64,000 nt of DNA from assembly GCA_010093815.1 (NCBI GenBank), contig ML996578.1. One strand, given 5' to 3'. The DNA is from Pseudovirgaria hyperparasitica. Lineage: Eukaryota. This document shows positions 25,194 to 38,510 of the stretch, piece by piece. The notes below the pieces were generated by a model, which worked only from the letters and a program-made list of their open reading frames with translations, was not told the DNA's origin and ran no database searches. Both the position numbers and the translations under genes were made by a program. Within the stretch, counting starts at the first letter, position 1, and the number at the start of each line of letters is the position of its first letter.

Positions 25194-25928
25194 TCATCTA
25201 GCCTTCCTCCCCCTCCCCCTCTTCGGCCGCACCTCCTCCACCACTTTCTCCTCCACTTGTTCCACCTCTTCCTCCTGTCCCTCCACATCCCCTTCTTGCT
25301 CCTCTTCCCGTTGTTCATCCTCATCCATACCCCCCTGTCCCTCTGCCCCATCCACATCCATCTGATCACCCCCAGCATCCCCATCCCCATCCTCCTCATC
25401 CCCACCCATCTCCGTATTCTCCCCACCAGCAGCAACCCAGCCCTCCCCCTCACCATCCCCACCAGCACCCTTCTTCACAGCCCCATGCAACCCATCAAGC
25501 GTCGCCTGACCATTCGCACGCGCCAGCTTCGCCGCCGCCCTCCTCGCCTCCTTGACCTTCCGCACCGTCGTCGTCCTGGGCACCACATCAGCCAAGAAAT
25601 TCAGATTATCGATGCGGGACACCGCGTTCGCTACGTCGCGGTAGTGGATCTGGCGGCGCTGTTTGCGCTCCGTCTTCACGACGGTGTGGGTCTGCTCGAC
25701 GAGGTGGTGGATGAACATCTCGGCGGCGATGGTCAGGATGAAGGCGGCGTTGTTGGAGCATGACGCGATGTCTTCGTCGGCGGAGAGGATTTTCTTGACG
25801 CGTGCGACTGGAGTGAGGGGGTTAGTTGCTGGGCTAGTGATTTGGGGGAGTGAGGGGAGCGTACGTGGGAGGTTTGCTGTGCCGGTTGCGACGGCAGAAG
25901 GCGTGATTGGGGTGTTGTTGTATGGCAT
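25194..25928 (-). CDS. H2A-like histone-fold protein (NF-YC/DPB3/DLS1-like) with acidic tail; 2 exons
   Basis: An in-frame 57-nt intron at 25808-25864 restores LPLARVKKIL..D. Also AAEMFI, IHYRDVANAVSRIDNLNFLADVVP, an acidic C-terminus and an AT-hook-like KRGRGRK. Confidence 0.88.
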   Translation of the reverse strand: MPYNNTPITPSAVATGTANLPRTLPSLPQITSPATNPLTPVARVKKILSADEDIASCSNNAAFILTIAAEMFIHHLVEQTHTVVKTERKQRRQIHYRDVANAVSRIDNLNFLADVVPRTTTVRKVKEARRAAAKLARANGQATLDGLHGAVKKGAGGDGEGEGWVAAGGENTEMGGDEEDGDGDAGGDQMDVDGAEGQGGMDEDEQREEEQEGDVEGQEEEVEQVEEKVVEEVRPKRGRGRKAR

Positions 25929-26332
25929 TGTGGCGATGAAGGGTGTCCAAAAAGGGGGTTAGAAGGTGGAAGTCTGAAGTGAAAGGTAGACAGACGTGGT
26001 TTCAATGAGAAATGTGTGGCATGCAGGCGTCCTTCGACATGAGACGCGAGGTGAAAGCGAGACGCGTCGAGTGGGGCGCGCTAACGTGGGTGAGTGTAAA
26101 GTGGTTTTTGCTCTCACTGCACTGCTGCACACTCACAATACCAGACCAGCGAACAAAATAATATCACATGCACCAGGCAAAGCCAGATGAGTACAGCATA
26201 TTTCTCCCAGGTCTAATGTATCAACAATTTGAAGAACTTTGGTATGGCAAAATACACTAAGACTATACAAAACACCAATGAATCGTCACCTGCATGCTAA
26301 TCAAAACAAATCGGGTATCACACTCTCACCAC

Positions 26333-27439
26333 CTAAAAGGAACCTGCAGCAGCAGTCGCTGTATAAGCCGGAGGTAGCTGCTGCTCACTCCCAACCTTCT
26401 CGAATATCGCCTGTCTGGCGAGCTGCAGATCCCTCCTGGCGCTGCCCAGTCTCTGCGCAAGCCCATCTAATTCTCCCTTCTGTCTCCTCTCCTCAGCCTT
26501 GACTTGGTCCGCACGCTGCATCAGCGTCCTGGCAACATTGTTGAGTTGCGCCGCAGAGTCCTTGATCTTGTCGTGGAAAGCCATGTCAGAGAAGATATTG
26601 TCGAAGAGCACATCGCTCATCATATTGCCCTGGGCAATGCTGACGGGCCCGATAGGCTGGAGCTCAGGATACATCCGTCGCGCCTGGTCGACTGCGCTCT
26701 GCAACTGGGATGCCTCGGATTGGGCTTTGCTGAGGGCGTCGCGCTCCGCCATGTCGGCCATCATTCCGCCGCCAAACATGTCTAGGCGCGAGGCATCAAG
26801 AGCATCCTCGATGTGTGCCTTTGCTCGCATGCAACGTTTGTTAGCGTCGGAGAGGCAATGCGAAGCCTGCACGATAGCCTGGTAGTGCTGTTCGGCCGTG
26901 TTGAATGCTTCACGAGCCTGCGAGTAGGGCCATTCTTTCTGGTCTTCTTCGGGGAAAGCAGGCGTGGGACCGGCAAAGATCATGTGATAGAGGTTGTCGA
27001 GTTCCTGCTGTGCTGCGGCATTTGCGTTTGCGTCGCGCTGGTATTGGTCTTTCACTGGACGAGCCTCGCCCAGTGCTGACTCGATGCTTTCGAGGGAGTC
27101 TTTGCTTTGGCGTTCGGCCTGGAGCGCTTCGTAGTATTCCTTTTCTTCCTTTTCAGTCTTGCTGGCGAACTTTTCTTTGCCCTTGCTGCCTCCCATCTTG
27201 TGCATGAAGCGTTTCATGGTGGAATCGCGGTACTTTCCGAACTCGCCCTTTTCGATTCTGGTCTTCCATTGGTAGTGCTGGTAGTCTTTCTTGGTCTTTT
27301 CGAGCTGGCTTTCTAGATCTTTGATGTAGAGGGCCTGCTGCTTGAGGGATGCGGGTGCATAGTCTGTCTTGGAAAGAGTCGCGAGAAGTTCCTCGTTCTT
27401 GGGGCCAAAGTTGGCAATCTGGTTCTTGATGTCTGACAT
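26333..27439 (-). CDS. Conserved uncharacterised coiled-coil protein with C-terminal PPxY
   Basis: Single-exon ~368-aa ORF from ATG 27439 with strong codon bias. Heptad-rich; DMFGGGMMADMAERDAL and SDVLFDNIFSDMAFHDKI blocks; LPPAY near the C-terminus. Confidence 0.85.
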   Translation of the reverse strand: MSDIKNQIANFGPKNEELLATLSKTDYAPASLKQQALYIKDLESQLEKTKKDYQHYQWKTRIEKGEFGKYRDSTMKRFMHKMGGSKGKEKFASKTEKEEKEYYEALQAERQSKDSLESIESALGEARPVKDQYQRDANANAAAQQELDNLYHMIFAGPTPAFPEEDQKEWPYSQAREAFNTAEQHYQAIVQASHCLSDANKRCMRAKAHIEDALDASRLDMFGGGMMADMAERDALSKAQSEASQLQSAVDQARRMYPELQPIGPVSIAQGNMMSDVLFDNIFSDMAFHDKIKDSAAQLNNVARTLMQRADQVKAEERRQKGELDGLAQRLGSARRDLQLARQAIFEKVGSEQQLPPAYTATAAAGSF

Positions 27440-29051
27440 GATGGAATTGTTGAAGTATGGATGGTGTTTACTGCGCGATGGTGCGGTTGTGCAGGAGCAT
27501 TCTTGTGTATGGTGAGACCTTATACTTATACTCACACTTGTCGACCATGCGAGTCCATATCCCAGGCACAGCACGAGGCTGTGTGGCGTCAATGAGGTGG
27601 GCCAAGAGCAAGCGTCAGCATGCCAAGCATATTTTCGAACGTGTAACGACATAGTAGAACATCATCTTCTCTTTCGAGCATGACGGGAGGCCAGAGACTT
27701 GTTCCTTCGCCCCCATTTCTAGACGAATGTATGGAGCAGTTCGGTTGGTTTCTGGTTCGCTGATTCCAAGCGCAGTTAGCTTCAGGTAAATCTCCATTCA
27801 CAGCACACAGCCACGGATTTTCATGGCCATGTGTCGAATGGGAAAGTGATGAGCCAACGAAGAAAGATGATCTTACTTATTTGACGGAGCGGTTGGCAAG
27901 AAGAGTACATGCATATACAGATGTTGTCAGTTTAGGCAGTGCTGCGCCATACTGTGGCTTGACCCTCCATACAGGAATGACATCATTTGGACATGCCATC
28001 CCCGCAATTCACTTTTGTCTTCTTCCGGTAGTCCATGCGAGCAAGGGTTTTCAAGAATTCATTAGTCCTCAAGGATCTTTGGTAAGCAAGGGAATGATGT
28101 AAACAGACGTCTGACAGCGAAAACACTTGCTAGTCTCAGCTTCTAGAGCAACACGTCGCCATGCGATCATAACCATACTAAAGACTATCTATGCGCATAT
28201 GTACTGCGGTGTCTGCACCGATTGTTTCATCCTACCTCAACGTTACACAAAACCAGGGACCTCGGCAAGAACTAACATGTTGACAAACATGTAATTAGCA
28301 GTCTCTCTCATTGGTTCAAGTATATATAATTAGCACCGATCTAGATCCAAAGGAGTCATTCAAGCGAGATAATTTACCCTTCGGAACCGACTTCCGAACT
28401 CTGTTTCTCCTCGACACTTCAATAACATCTCCATAACCGTTTCACATCGCATTCAACGCATCTCTACTTCTTCATCTGCCCTCTAAACACTATGCAGCAG
28501 GTACGCGCGCGTATGCGATGTGACACAAGGCGATGAAAAGAAAGCAGCACGTCCTGCGAGCAGCCTATCAGGAGTCTTACTGTGCCGCCGCCCCTTGGAC
28601 CACCCATCCCATTCCATCACCCGGAACAGGACGTTAGCTCGAAACTACATAATTACGCCCCCCAAAATCCCCGTTAGATTCTTATGGTCAATCCATAGTA
28701 AAACTTTCTTAGCTAGCTACATCCCATTGGAGATGCTTGCGCCGCACTCCTCCTTTATAAAGCTGTAATTTCTCTCTGCTTGCTTGGTTAAGGCATAACG
28801 TGCATGGTTCTAGGTACACATTCGTTTCGAAAGACACTTACTTTTCATTCATTGCTGTGATATATATTTAGCTGTGTCACTTTCTCGTTATATCGTGCTG
28901 TTAACCTGCGGGACCCCCGGTCGTGGGAGGGCACTTCTCTCGTCCACGTCTCTTTGTTTTTTTGACGATACAGATCGGTATCCCGGACGCGTTGGTCTCT
29001 GAAGACTGTGTATAAGCAAAAACCTCAACTGTTACCATTGCTGTCACCGAG

Positions 29052-30790
29052 ATGAAGTTCCCAGGCTGCTACAACAACAACAACAACAAGCAGCGCGTCC
29101 TCGGACTCGCGCTCGTCCTAACAACCTGCACACAAGCCATAGACCTCGACGTAAACGACGCAGGTAAGTAACAAACTACCTATCAACCATCCACTAACAC
29201 ACCCAACAGCATCCATCAAAGCCACCACCCGCACCATCGCCCAAACCCTCACAAGCTACTACACCAGCCCAGACAACGAAAACCGCGACATCCCCGGCCT
29301 CCTCCCGGACAAATACTACTGGTACGAAGCCGGCGCCCTCTTCAACAGCCTAATCACATACTGGCACTACACCAGCGACACCCAGTACAACACCCTCACC
29401 CGCCTCGCCCTGCGCCATCAATCCGGCGACAAGGAAAACTTCATGCCCCTCAACCAGACCAACACCATCGCCAACGACGACCAGGCATACTGGGCCCACG
29501 CCGCCATGACCGCCGCCGAAACACGCTTTCCCACCCACGACGATGACAACAACAACGACGACGACAGCGATCCCTCCTGGCTCGACCTCGCACGCGCCGC
29601 ATTCGACACCCAGACCGCACGCTGGGACAACACCACCTGCGACGGCGGCCTGCGCTGGCAAATCTACACGTTTGGCGCGGGGTACAACTACAAGAACAGT
29701 GCGTCGAACGGGGCGTTTTTCGCGCTTGCGGCGCGGCTGGCGCGCTATGCGGGCGCCAACGACGAGACGTATGCGCGCTGGGCGGACGCGGCGTGGGAGT
29801 GGTCGACGCGGGTTGGGCTTGTGGTGGAGGAGGATGAAGAAGGGGATGGGAACGGGAATGGGAATGGGACGTATGTGTATGATGGGGCGAGCGCGGTGGA
29901 GGATTGCGGGTCGGTGAATCGGTTGCAGTGGACGGCGTATGCGGGGTGGTATGTTTTGGGTGCGGCGTATATGTATAATCGCGTATGTCCTTCTCCTCCT
30001 TTTTCTCGCCCTATCCCCTTTCTCCCCTCCCATATCCCATATCCCCTCCCATATCCCCTATCCCCTACCCCAAACCCCCAAACCTAACCCCACCCCACAG
30101 ACAAACCACCCAACATGGCGCACCCGCCTCCAATCCCTCACAACCGGCCTCTCAATCTTCTACCCCGACAACGACACCAACCCCAACGAACCCAACGAAC
30201 CCACCAACCAAATCCTCACCGAACCCGCCTGCGAACCCCAAAACACCTGCACCACGGACCAGAAATCCTATAAGGCATCCCTCGCCCACACCCTCGGCAC
30301 CACCCTCCAGCTCGCACCCTTTCTCGAATCCGCGCTTCTGCCGCGCATGCGTGCTTCTGCCGTCGCGGCGGCGCGGACGTGTGTTCGTGGGGAGGAGGAG
30401 GAGGAGGAGGAGGAGGCGCGCGAGTGTGGGTTTGTGTGGACTGCTAGTAGTGGGAACGAGACGTATGGGGTTGGGGAGCAGATGGGGGCGTTGAATGCTG
30501 TGCAGAGTTTGTTGGCTTTGGGGAGTGCGGGGCCGGGGGTTGGGGGGGAGGGGGACGGGGAGGGGGACGGGGAGGGAGGTGATAACAACAACGACAACAA
30601 CAATGACGGGGGAGATAATAACAACGATGGTGATGGACAGGGCGGCGACGACGGAGGGAATAACGCAGGGAATGGGACTGACAATACGCCTGGCACTGGT
30701 ATGGCTGCGAGGAACGGGTCGGGCGGCGTGTGGGCTACGGTTGTGCTCAGTGTGCTTCTTGCCACCGTGTGTACGGCGATGTACTTGTAA
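29052..30790 (+). CDS. GH76 alpha-1,6-mannanase/transglycosylase (DFG5/DCW1-like), secreted and probably GPI-anchored; 3 exons
   Basis: Introns 29164-29209 and 29983-30100. Signal peptide, YYWYEAGALF, catalytic NDDQAYW, CDGGLRWQI, YKNSASNGAFF, EPACE..C..DQKSYK, Gly/Asn linker and hydrophobic C-terminus. Confidence 0.93.
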
Positions 30791-31334
30791 CTGACGATGA
30801 CGATGACGTAGGCTGAATTGAAACATGTACATTCCTGGCGTGGAGTTGAGGAATTCTGTCTGGTTGTTTGTTCGGCCTGTGTGTGTGTGTACCTTATATA
30901 TGTCGCAGTGTGCGATGCTCGTGGTCTGTAGCTTCCAAGCAAGCCTGCCACTGCAGCCAGGTCAGTCTGACTTCTCTCACTCAATGGTGTCCGATCACTT
31001 ACGTAAGAAGAACAGCGGTGGAATGAGACACGTTGGATGCATATCAAACGGCTCGCCAGAAAGCTCCATCTTGCATTCATCCAATTATTAGTGCTATGGG
31101 TATCTAGTATTCAAAGACTTGCCACCGGACTTCTCTGTGTCCCGCAGGACTCAATATAGCCGCAACGTCGAATTATAAAAGGAAAGAAACACTCCACTGT
31201 TGTCACCATTCAATTCAGTCCATTCCTCCATGCTTTTTGCCTGCCAACGCCGTCATTGCGCCCCAAAAAAACTCCGTGCATCAAAAAAAGAGGTAATATA
31301 TCGCCACAAAGACACGGAGCTGCAGAAACTTTCT

Positions 31335-33914
31335 TCAATACGACGGCACCCCAGGGTTGAAAAGCGCATTGCTTTGCTCAATCATTGTGTCGATCTGACC
31401 TGTACCCGTCGTTTCCAGACTCTGCATCAGCTCGACCTGTTGCTCTTGCGTCAGTCCAGAGTCCGGCTTGCCCAGACCCCAGTTTTGACTAGACAAGAAG
31501 TCTGCGGCTGGCAGGATATCCATGTTGTCAAAGTTGTACTGTTGCTCTGGGCTGAATCCGCCCAGCGCTTGCGAACCATTCGAAAAGCCAAGCGAATCCT
31601 GCGGTGGCATCGAGAATGCAGGATTCCATTGTGACATGTCAGGAAACGTAGTAGGCAGAGGATTAAATCCCGTGTTAGATTCAAACTCCGACCCCGTATA
31701 GGTGTCTTGATAAGGTTGATGAGGGTGGGGACTTGTCCTGTATGGGTCGCTTGGCGGCGGGTCTTGAAAATGGATGTGTCTGGTGGTTCCTACCAAGGAA
31801 TATGGAGAGTTGTTATTACCATAGCCAAGTGTACTGTTAAGTTGCTCCGGTGGAGTGTTCAGCGATGAGGTTGACACGGTGGCAGCAGGACTGGTCGTCC
31901 TCGATCGATTGACGTTTGAACCCTCGATAGACGTGCTGTCGGATGGTGAGCTTGCAGCGATAGGAATGTCTCCATCCTTTTCATATATCTTCATACAGGC
32001 CTGTGTGAGATGTCTGTACAGCTCCAGAGCTGAAGTCACTCCAGGCCATCGGGTCGAGGCTGACTCGATAATATCCAGGGCTGTTTTTAGGTGGTGCTCT
32101 ACATCCGTGCGTGGATGTAGTCGGCGGACCTCCGAGTACGAAAGACTCCAGAGCAAAGTGTTGATAGCCATGAAGATGGACTGCGCAAAGACCCAGGTAA
32201 TGTCGACGCTGCCCGTTTCGATTTGCTTGCGTTGCAGGTGTATGTTGTACTCACATGCATCATAGCACTGCAGAGCAGCTCTTTGCGAGGGTCTTGGTAC
32301 TTGAGGAGAGGGACGATATAAAAAGACTCTCATGGTGTTATACCTTCCAATAAACCTGTACAGTCGTTAGCCTTGCGTAAAATGACATCTATGTAGAGAT
32401 ACTGACCAGGTCTTCGTAAGCCCCGATCCAGCATCCATCTCAGGGCTCGTGTCACGCCACGCAATCAGCTTCGCCTCCATCTCTCGGAACCATGGATCTT
32501 GGTCGGACTTGGGGTCACGTCGCTTTCTCTGGTAAAGCTTTCGTCTGATTTCGACTTGCAGTAACCGCATCTTGCAAAAGTGTATCGAGATCCATTTCCG
32601 CAAGGATGTCTGGGGTGCTGGAAGTATGCCATCCTTTGTGATGTACTGATCGTCCACCAGTTCTGGGAAATTCACGTCAATGTGATCACGTCCGGTGGAA
32701 AAGGTAGCAGGACGACCAAGACCGTGTGCAAGGCCAAAATCCATAGTGGCCAGGCACCAGAATAGCCTACGTCTCATGTCAATCTGCAGAGGGTCGGCCA
32801 GCTGTCCGCCTCTGCCCCGCACCAGAGTTTTCTCTTCACTGATACCCAATGCTTGAGCAAGCCGCACAGCAAGACCGATTTGATAATAGACAGCCGTGCG
32901 AGTTGGTGTCAGGAGCGAATAGCCACCTACGAGGGCAAAACACTGTAGAGTGCTGAGGTTCATTGGGCGGATGGCTGGTTCCATGAACTTCAGGGCGGCT
33001 AGATAGTAACTATCAGCAAGTCCGGCGTACTGAGCATCCATTTTCTGTAAGCTGATTGCAATGACCATCCTTAGGCAGAAGTTTTTGTGAGGATCCGACG
33101 AGCCATTGTATATGTCTTCTACGTCTTGCGTAAAGGTGGGCTCATGGAAGAGCGGATACAAGGGATGCACTGGCTGCTTGTCAGCGTATGATTTCTTTAT
33201 GTTTGCCTTGGGGAGAGTTTGCAAACTAATTGTTCAAGGCGAATTACCTTTCATGTAGAAAAGTTGGACCAGCCGGTTGGTCAGGTCTCGTGTAGGCAGT
33301 TCTTCCGCGGCGACATTGCTGATGAGCGGGTATATTTTTGAAGTTGGCTTTTCTGTCTCCTTGGATGTCTGCTCCTTGATCATACGCTGTCGCGCATTCG
33401 GCACGATTTCTGATATACTTTTCGAATCGGTGAATTGCTTTGCGAGCTGCATCACTAATCGAGTGAGAGTTGTGCCGCTTGCAGAACCCAGGTATTTTGA
33501 CTCGTTGGTCTCGAGGATGTGCACAGAGGCAGCATTACGCACGGTATCTTCGGGATCTGGATCTCCATCGTCTTTCTCCAAGTCAGCGAGCTGCTTCTCC
33601 AGATCGCGGACCTTGTGCTGTAGATGGACGACGTAATTGCGGGGAATGCGGGTGCCTTTGGTAGGGTCGTAGTATTCGCAATGAGAATTGGTGCGCTCGC
33701 AAGGGCCGCAACGAGGGATGCCTGGATCGCAACGTGTTTTTCTCTACGACGGACGTCTCATTAGCTATGACTGAGCGTGTTGTGAGGATATCTGAGGATG
33801 ACAAGTAGTGCTCACAGTTCTGCAACGGCAACAGGCGGTTAAGGTATGTGCGACACGAGGCGATGGGTCTTGATTGCCGTCGGGCTTTGTCTGCGGCTTT
33901 CCGCCAGGATCCAT
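31335..33914 (-). CDS. Zn(II)2Cys6 transcription factor, Ppr1/UaY-like; 4 exons
   Basis: Introns 33744-33815, 33170-33247 and 32356-32406. TACCRCRTRKTRCDPGIPRCGPCERTNSHC, IPRNYVVHLQ dimer helix, YLGSASG, DMRRRLFWC..MD...LGRP, FLYRPSPQVP. Confidence 0.92.
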
Positions 33915-35192
33915 ATTTAAGGTGTTACAAGGAGCAAGGAATTATGGAGCGGAACGGACTGGTGGGTCGAGTAATTGGGTGGTAGTGTGTCTTCCATGCC
34001 ACAGAGACAGGCGCAAGTTTAATGAGGTTCTGTAGAGATGTGGGACGGTTGGACGAGAAGCAAAACGCGGCAACGAGAGAGGCCAAAGTGGCAGCGTGGA
34101 GTGGAGAGAGAGGATGAAGGATGGGCGAGTGTCGAGTCGAGGAGTATTCAGAGTTGGATGCTGGAAGGATTGGGAGTCGCGGCAGGGATAGAGGAATCGA
34201 TCAATGGGTAATAGAGCAGAGCACAGGCTTCCGATGTTCTGTTGTGAAGTAGTAATGAGTAGTAGTAGGATGGAGGAAGCAGGACGATGCACACGACGAC
34301 GACGATACACGACGTTGCAGTTGTTGAGTAGTCTCCAAGGAAGAGCCCACACCCGAGCCAACTAAACTACGTATTCCTATTACCCTAGAGATTAGACTAA
34401 CTGGATAGATAGCAGCATCAAACGATTCGAATTCCAGTGGATGTCTAGAGGGAGATCTGTGAAGATTAGTGGGGCAATACCATGAATGCAGATGCCGCTG
34501 CTTGTGCCGTTCCGTCTGTCAGCGTCTCGCCTACATTTAACGTTAATTATCCTGACCTCGGGCCCAAGTGAACAAACAGCAAGCCAAACAAGTCTTGTAA
34601 AGGAAAAGCTTCCCGCCATAGTTTGTTTGTGTGCGGCCTCGGCTGATCATTTCAACTCATTTCTGGTTCGCAGGGCTGGCTTAGGCCTGAGGGTGGGCTG
34701 GGCGAGTTGGCGGTGGCAACGGTGTAGATAGACTATACAGGCTGTGACTACAGGACTGCAGAATCACAGGTAATCCAGGTAATCCATTTGCTCAAGCTCC
34801 AATCACCAATGTACATACACACTACATACTGCATACAACATGGCTTGCTATTAATGCCCGAATGGTGCCACATGGTAGGGCATGCATACATATGTAGTCG
34901 GTAGGGAGATATTGATGCCTGTCTGACAAAAGATACTTATGTAGTAGTATTACACCTTGGGTAACCAGCGATAATATAATATTAATAATCAGCAATACGC
35001 AGATTATACCCGTGCATGTCCAGAATTGGCGTGTAGATCGTAGCCACCGCTGCCGAACAGGTACCCGATCATCTCCACAGTGCACAGCCACTTGGCAGCA
35101 GTAAGCAGCTGATTAATAATACCTTACCAGCCAGCCTTACGTACGAATACTTACTGTGTATCCGTAACATAGCATAACCGGGATAATGTCTA

Positions 35193-35210
35193 CTCGGTCC
35201 CGCGTCCGAG
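35193..35210. promoter_or_regulatory. Inverted CTCGG-N8-CCGAG, candidate Zn2Cys6 binding site in the shared promoter of the two TFs
   Basis: CTCGGtcccgcgtCCGAG; inverted CGG triplets are the canonical Zn2Cys6 site geometry. Confidence 0.3.
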
Positions 35211-36072
35211 CTCTCCAATATCGTCATATCAACTGCTTACACTACTAATACCCACTAATTACTGCTGCTGCCCTGTACACAACATCTTCACTCTATACAC
35301 CTCCATACTTATAACCACTTTTCGAGATACGTCGGCCTACATGATAGCCACCCGACTCCAGAAACAATTGCAACCGTCATAACAACAATCAATCAAACCG
35401 ATCATAACGACTAATTACCACCACCACGCCTTCGCTCATCAGCTTGCGGCTGCGGCTTTGCAATCCCCACCTTGGCCCTCCGCCATCTCCTCCACCCTCC
35501 CTCATCCCTCCTCCCACCGTCCGATGGTCCAGGGAAGTGAAACCAGATCCACTTTCAGCGCCCCGTCGCGTTCGCAAGGCTGCAAGTAATTTATTAACAG
35601 ACTGCTCCATTCGTCTCTGACTGGATAGTCTTGTCGCTGTAGTTTCAGATCCAGTCTCCCTCCTCCTCCCCTCCGATCCTCTCACGGACCCTCCTTACTG
35701 ACTGACTCCTCTCCACCCTTCAGCCGCTTCTCGACTTCAGGTAAGTGCGCGATCATCTAATTATATCACACACAAGCGAACTGCTCTTCAACTCTTCTTC
35801 TGCTGCCAGGGGCTTTGCTACCCGTCGCGTGGCCATGCTGCTATCCTTGCGACTTGTTATGCATGCATGAGCACTGCTGCTGATCTAATAAGATGATCGA
35901 CCTCCACTGTACTTCTATTCAATACTTTTTCAGTCCTCTTCAGCTCCATTACTCTTTTTTTCTCTTTACATTCTGTCCTTGATATCTGTTCCCTTTGCCA
36001 ATGTGCCAGAAATCACACGTCGTTGCCTTTTTTTTACTGTCCGACACACGGACACTGGGTTGACTTCGCGCC

Positions 36073-38294
36073 ATGCCTGCAGACACCACTGCATCATCAT
36101 CACCCTTCACCTTTCCACACGCTGGACACCTCATGGTCCTGGAAACTCCGCTGTTGCGCGTGAGTCGCCCAGTGGCTGCTTGCTCACGATGTAGAGCTGC
36201 CAAAGTCAAATGTGACGGCAAACTGCCCGCCTGCACTGCCTGCGAAAAGTCAAACAAAGCCGCCGAATGTAGCTCCACCAACGACCAATTCGCTCGCGGC
36301 AAGGAACGAAGCTATGTCGCCACGCTCGAGACGAGGGTGGAGAAGCTCGAAAGGAGGATTGCTGAAGCTCGGGCTAGACGAAAGTCTTCCACCACTGGCA
36401 TGACCGACTTTGACGATGCTTTCACCTCTCCAAAACTATCAACGGATTTGCCTGGCAGAAACAAGACGACGAGCGCTCGTGCTGCTCGCCGGAAAGAGGC
36501 CAGTGACATTGATAATCTGGTCTCGGACTTTGGTCTCTTGTAAGTGTCTGCGTGTACTGCATCCACCTCCGTATCTCTCTCTATATGCTCACGTGCTCTC
36601 AGAGCTGTCAATGCTACTGCACGCGATTTCCACGGTTTCACCACTCCCATGTCTTATGCACGCCTCATACTCTCTACTTGTACAAAGGAACCTCTGCCGA
36701 ATACCACACCTCAAGATCTACCACCACGTTATGCCGCGACTCCCCTGATCCAGCACTATCTCAATAACGTCTTTGTACTATTACCCGTCTTTGAAGAGGC
36801 AAGTTTCTGGTCTTCGGTCGACGCGGTGTACAATCCAGAAGTACGGAAACCCTTGCCTTTCGACTACTGGACTGTAAGAATGGTTCTAGCCTTATCATCC
36901 ATTTCGCTGTCTCAGCAGCGGGGCGATGCGCAGTATTTCGATGCTGTGGGTCATGTGACTGCTGCTTTGGAGTTCGCTGAAGATGTGCTTCATCCTGGCT
37001 TCGTCGCTACTATCCAGGCTTTGGTGCTGCTTGTGGAATTTGCTATGATGGATCCGCACCACTTTGACAGCTGGCATCTGATCGGAGCCGCCTCACGAGC
37101 CATGGTGGATATTGGCATGCATCAGGATCCCCTGAAAGCTCTCCACTCCGGCAAGTCAAAACTCGAGCTCCGACGGCGCGTTTACTGGTGTGTCTTTGCT
37201 TTGGATAGGTGTGTCATTTCAAGATTAACTTCCGTATTGAGTCCAGTTCTTATACCTTCTAGGTCAACTTCGCTGGTACAGACCAGAGCGTTCTCTTTCT
37301 CGGACGATTCAGCAACCGTTGCTCATCCTTTCGCCGCCTCCATATCCTCGCCGAGCACGAAAACGCAAAAGACCCAGTTCTGGCTGCAGAATTTCGACAC
37401 AGCCGCCCAGTTCTTCAAGATCCGTCAACTACAGTCGGAATGGTACACCAAACTCTTCCAGTCGGGTCGAGAACCCTGGCCAGACGCGTATGGCTACATA
37501 TGGAAGACCTACCGGCAGATGACCGATTGGTACAACAACATCTCAAAGAACACGTTGCCAAACACACAGGCCTTCTTCGAGCTCGAAGTACTGTACAGCT
37601 ACGTCTACGTGCTCTCCCCGAGCCCTCGCTGCCCGGCAATCAGCAACTACGCCCAACGCCTCATCTTCGAGCACTGCATCGCCTACGCCATCAACCTCCG
37701 CGCAATCATGAGAGACAAATCCTCCCCGACAACCAAGATCCCCCTCACTTTCTACGACGCCATGCGCGCCTACATGACCGGCCGCCAATTCGTCGACGTC
37801 CTCCAGCGCAACCTCGACGTCCTCCTCAACCCAATCCCGCCCACCCCGCCCGCCTCCTCCGGGCCCCTCACCTCCTCCGAACCCATCGACCCCTTTGCCG
37901 CTCCCCCCGAAATCAACCCGCCCTCCTTCCCAACCCCGGCAATCCCCCAACCCTCCTCCTCCCTCGACGGCACAGAACATCCCCCCTCGCTCAACGACCC
38001 GCCCGCAAGAGCCCTCCGCGCCATCAACGACTTCACCGACATCCTCGCACGCTTCGGCATGCGCTTCGGCTACATCAACTGGCGCGACCGCTTCCAGAAG
38101 GAGAGCGCCTCGGTCGTCAACCAGCTCTATGCCCGCTCGTCGGTCTCGCCGCCGCCATCCACGTCGCCTGTATACGGCGGTCATGGCCATTCCTTACAAC
38201 AACATACGCAACATGCACAACAACATACGCAACATACCCAACACACACAACAAGACTACCACCAAACAACAAGTCTACACTCATCCATGCACCT

Positions 38295-38388
<94 letters not shown>

Positions 38389-38414
38389 CNNNNNNNNNNN
38401 NNNNNNNNNNNNNN

Positions 38415-38510
<96 letters not shown>

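Noticed and set aside
29350..31080. Several 200+ aa antisense or shifted ORFs over GH76 (similar ones over the MFS, esterase and RAD2 genes)
   Set aside because: Shadow ORFs expected from GC-rich codon bias; they carry no motifs of their own.
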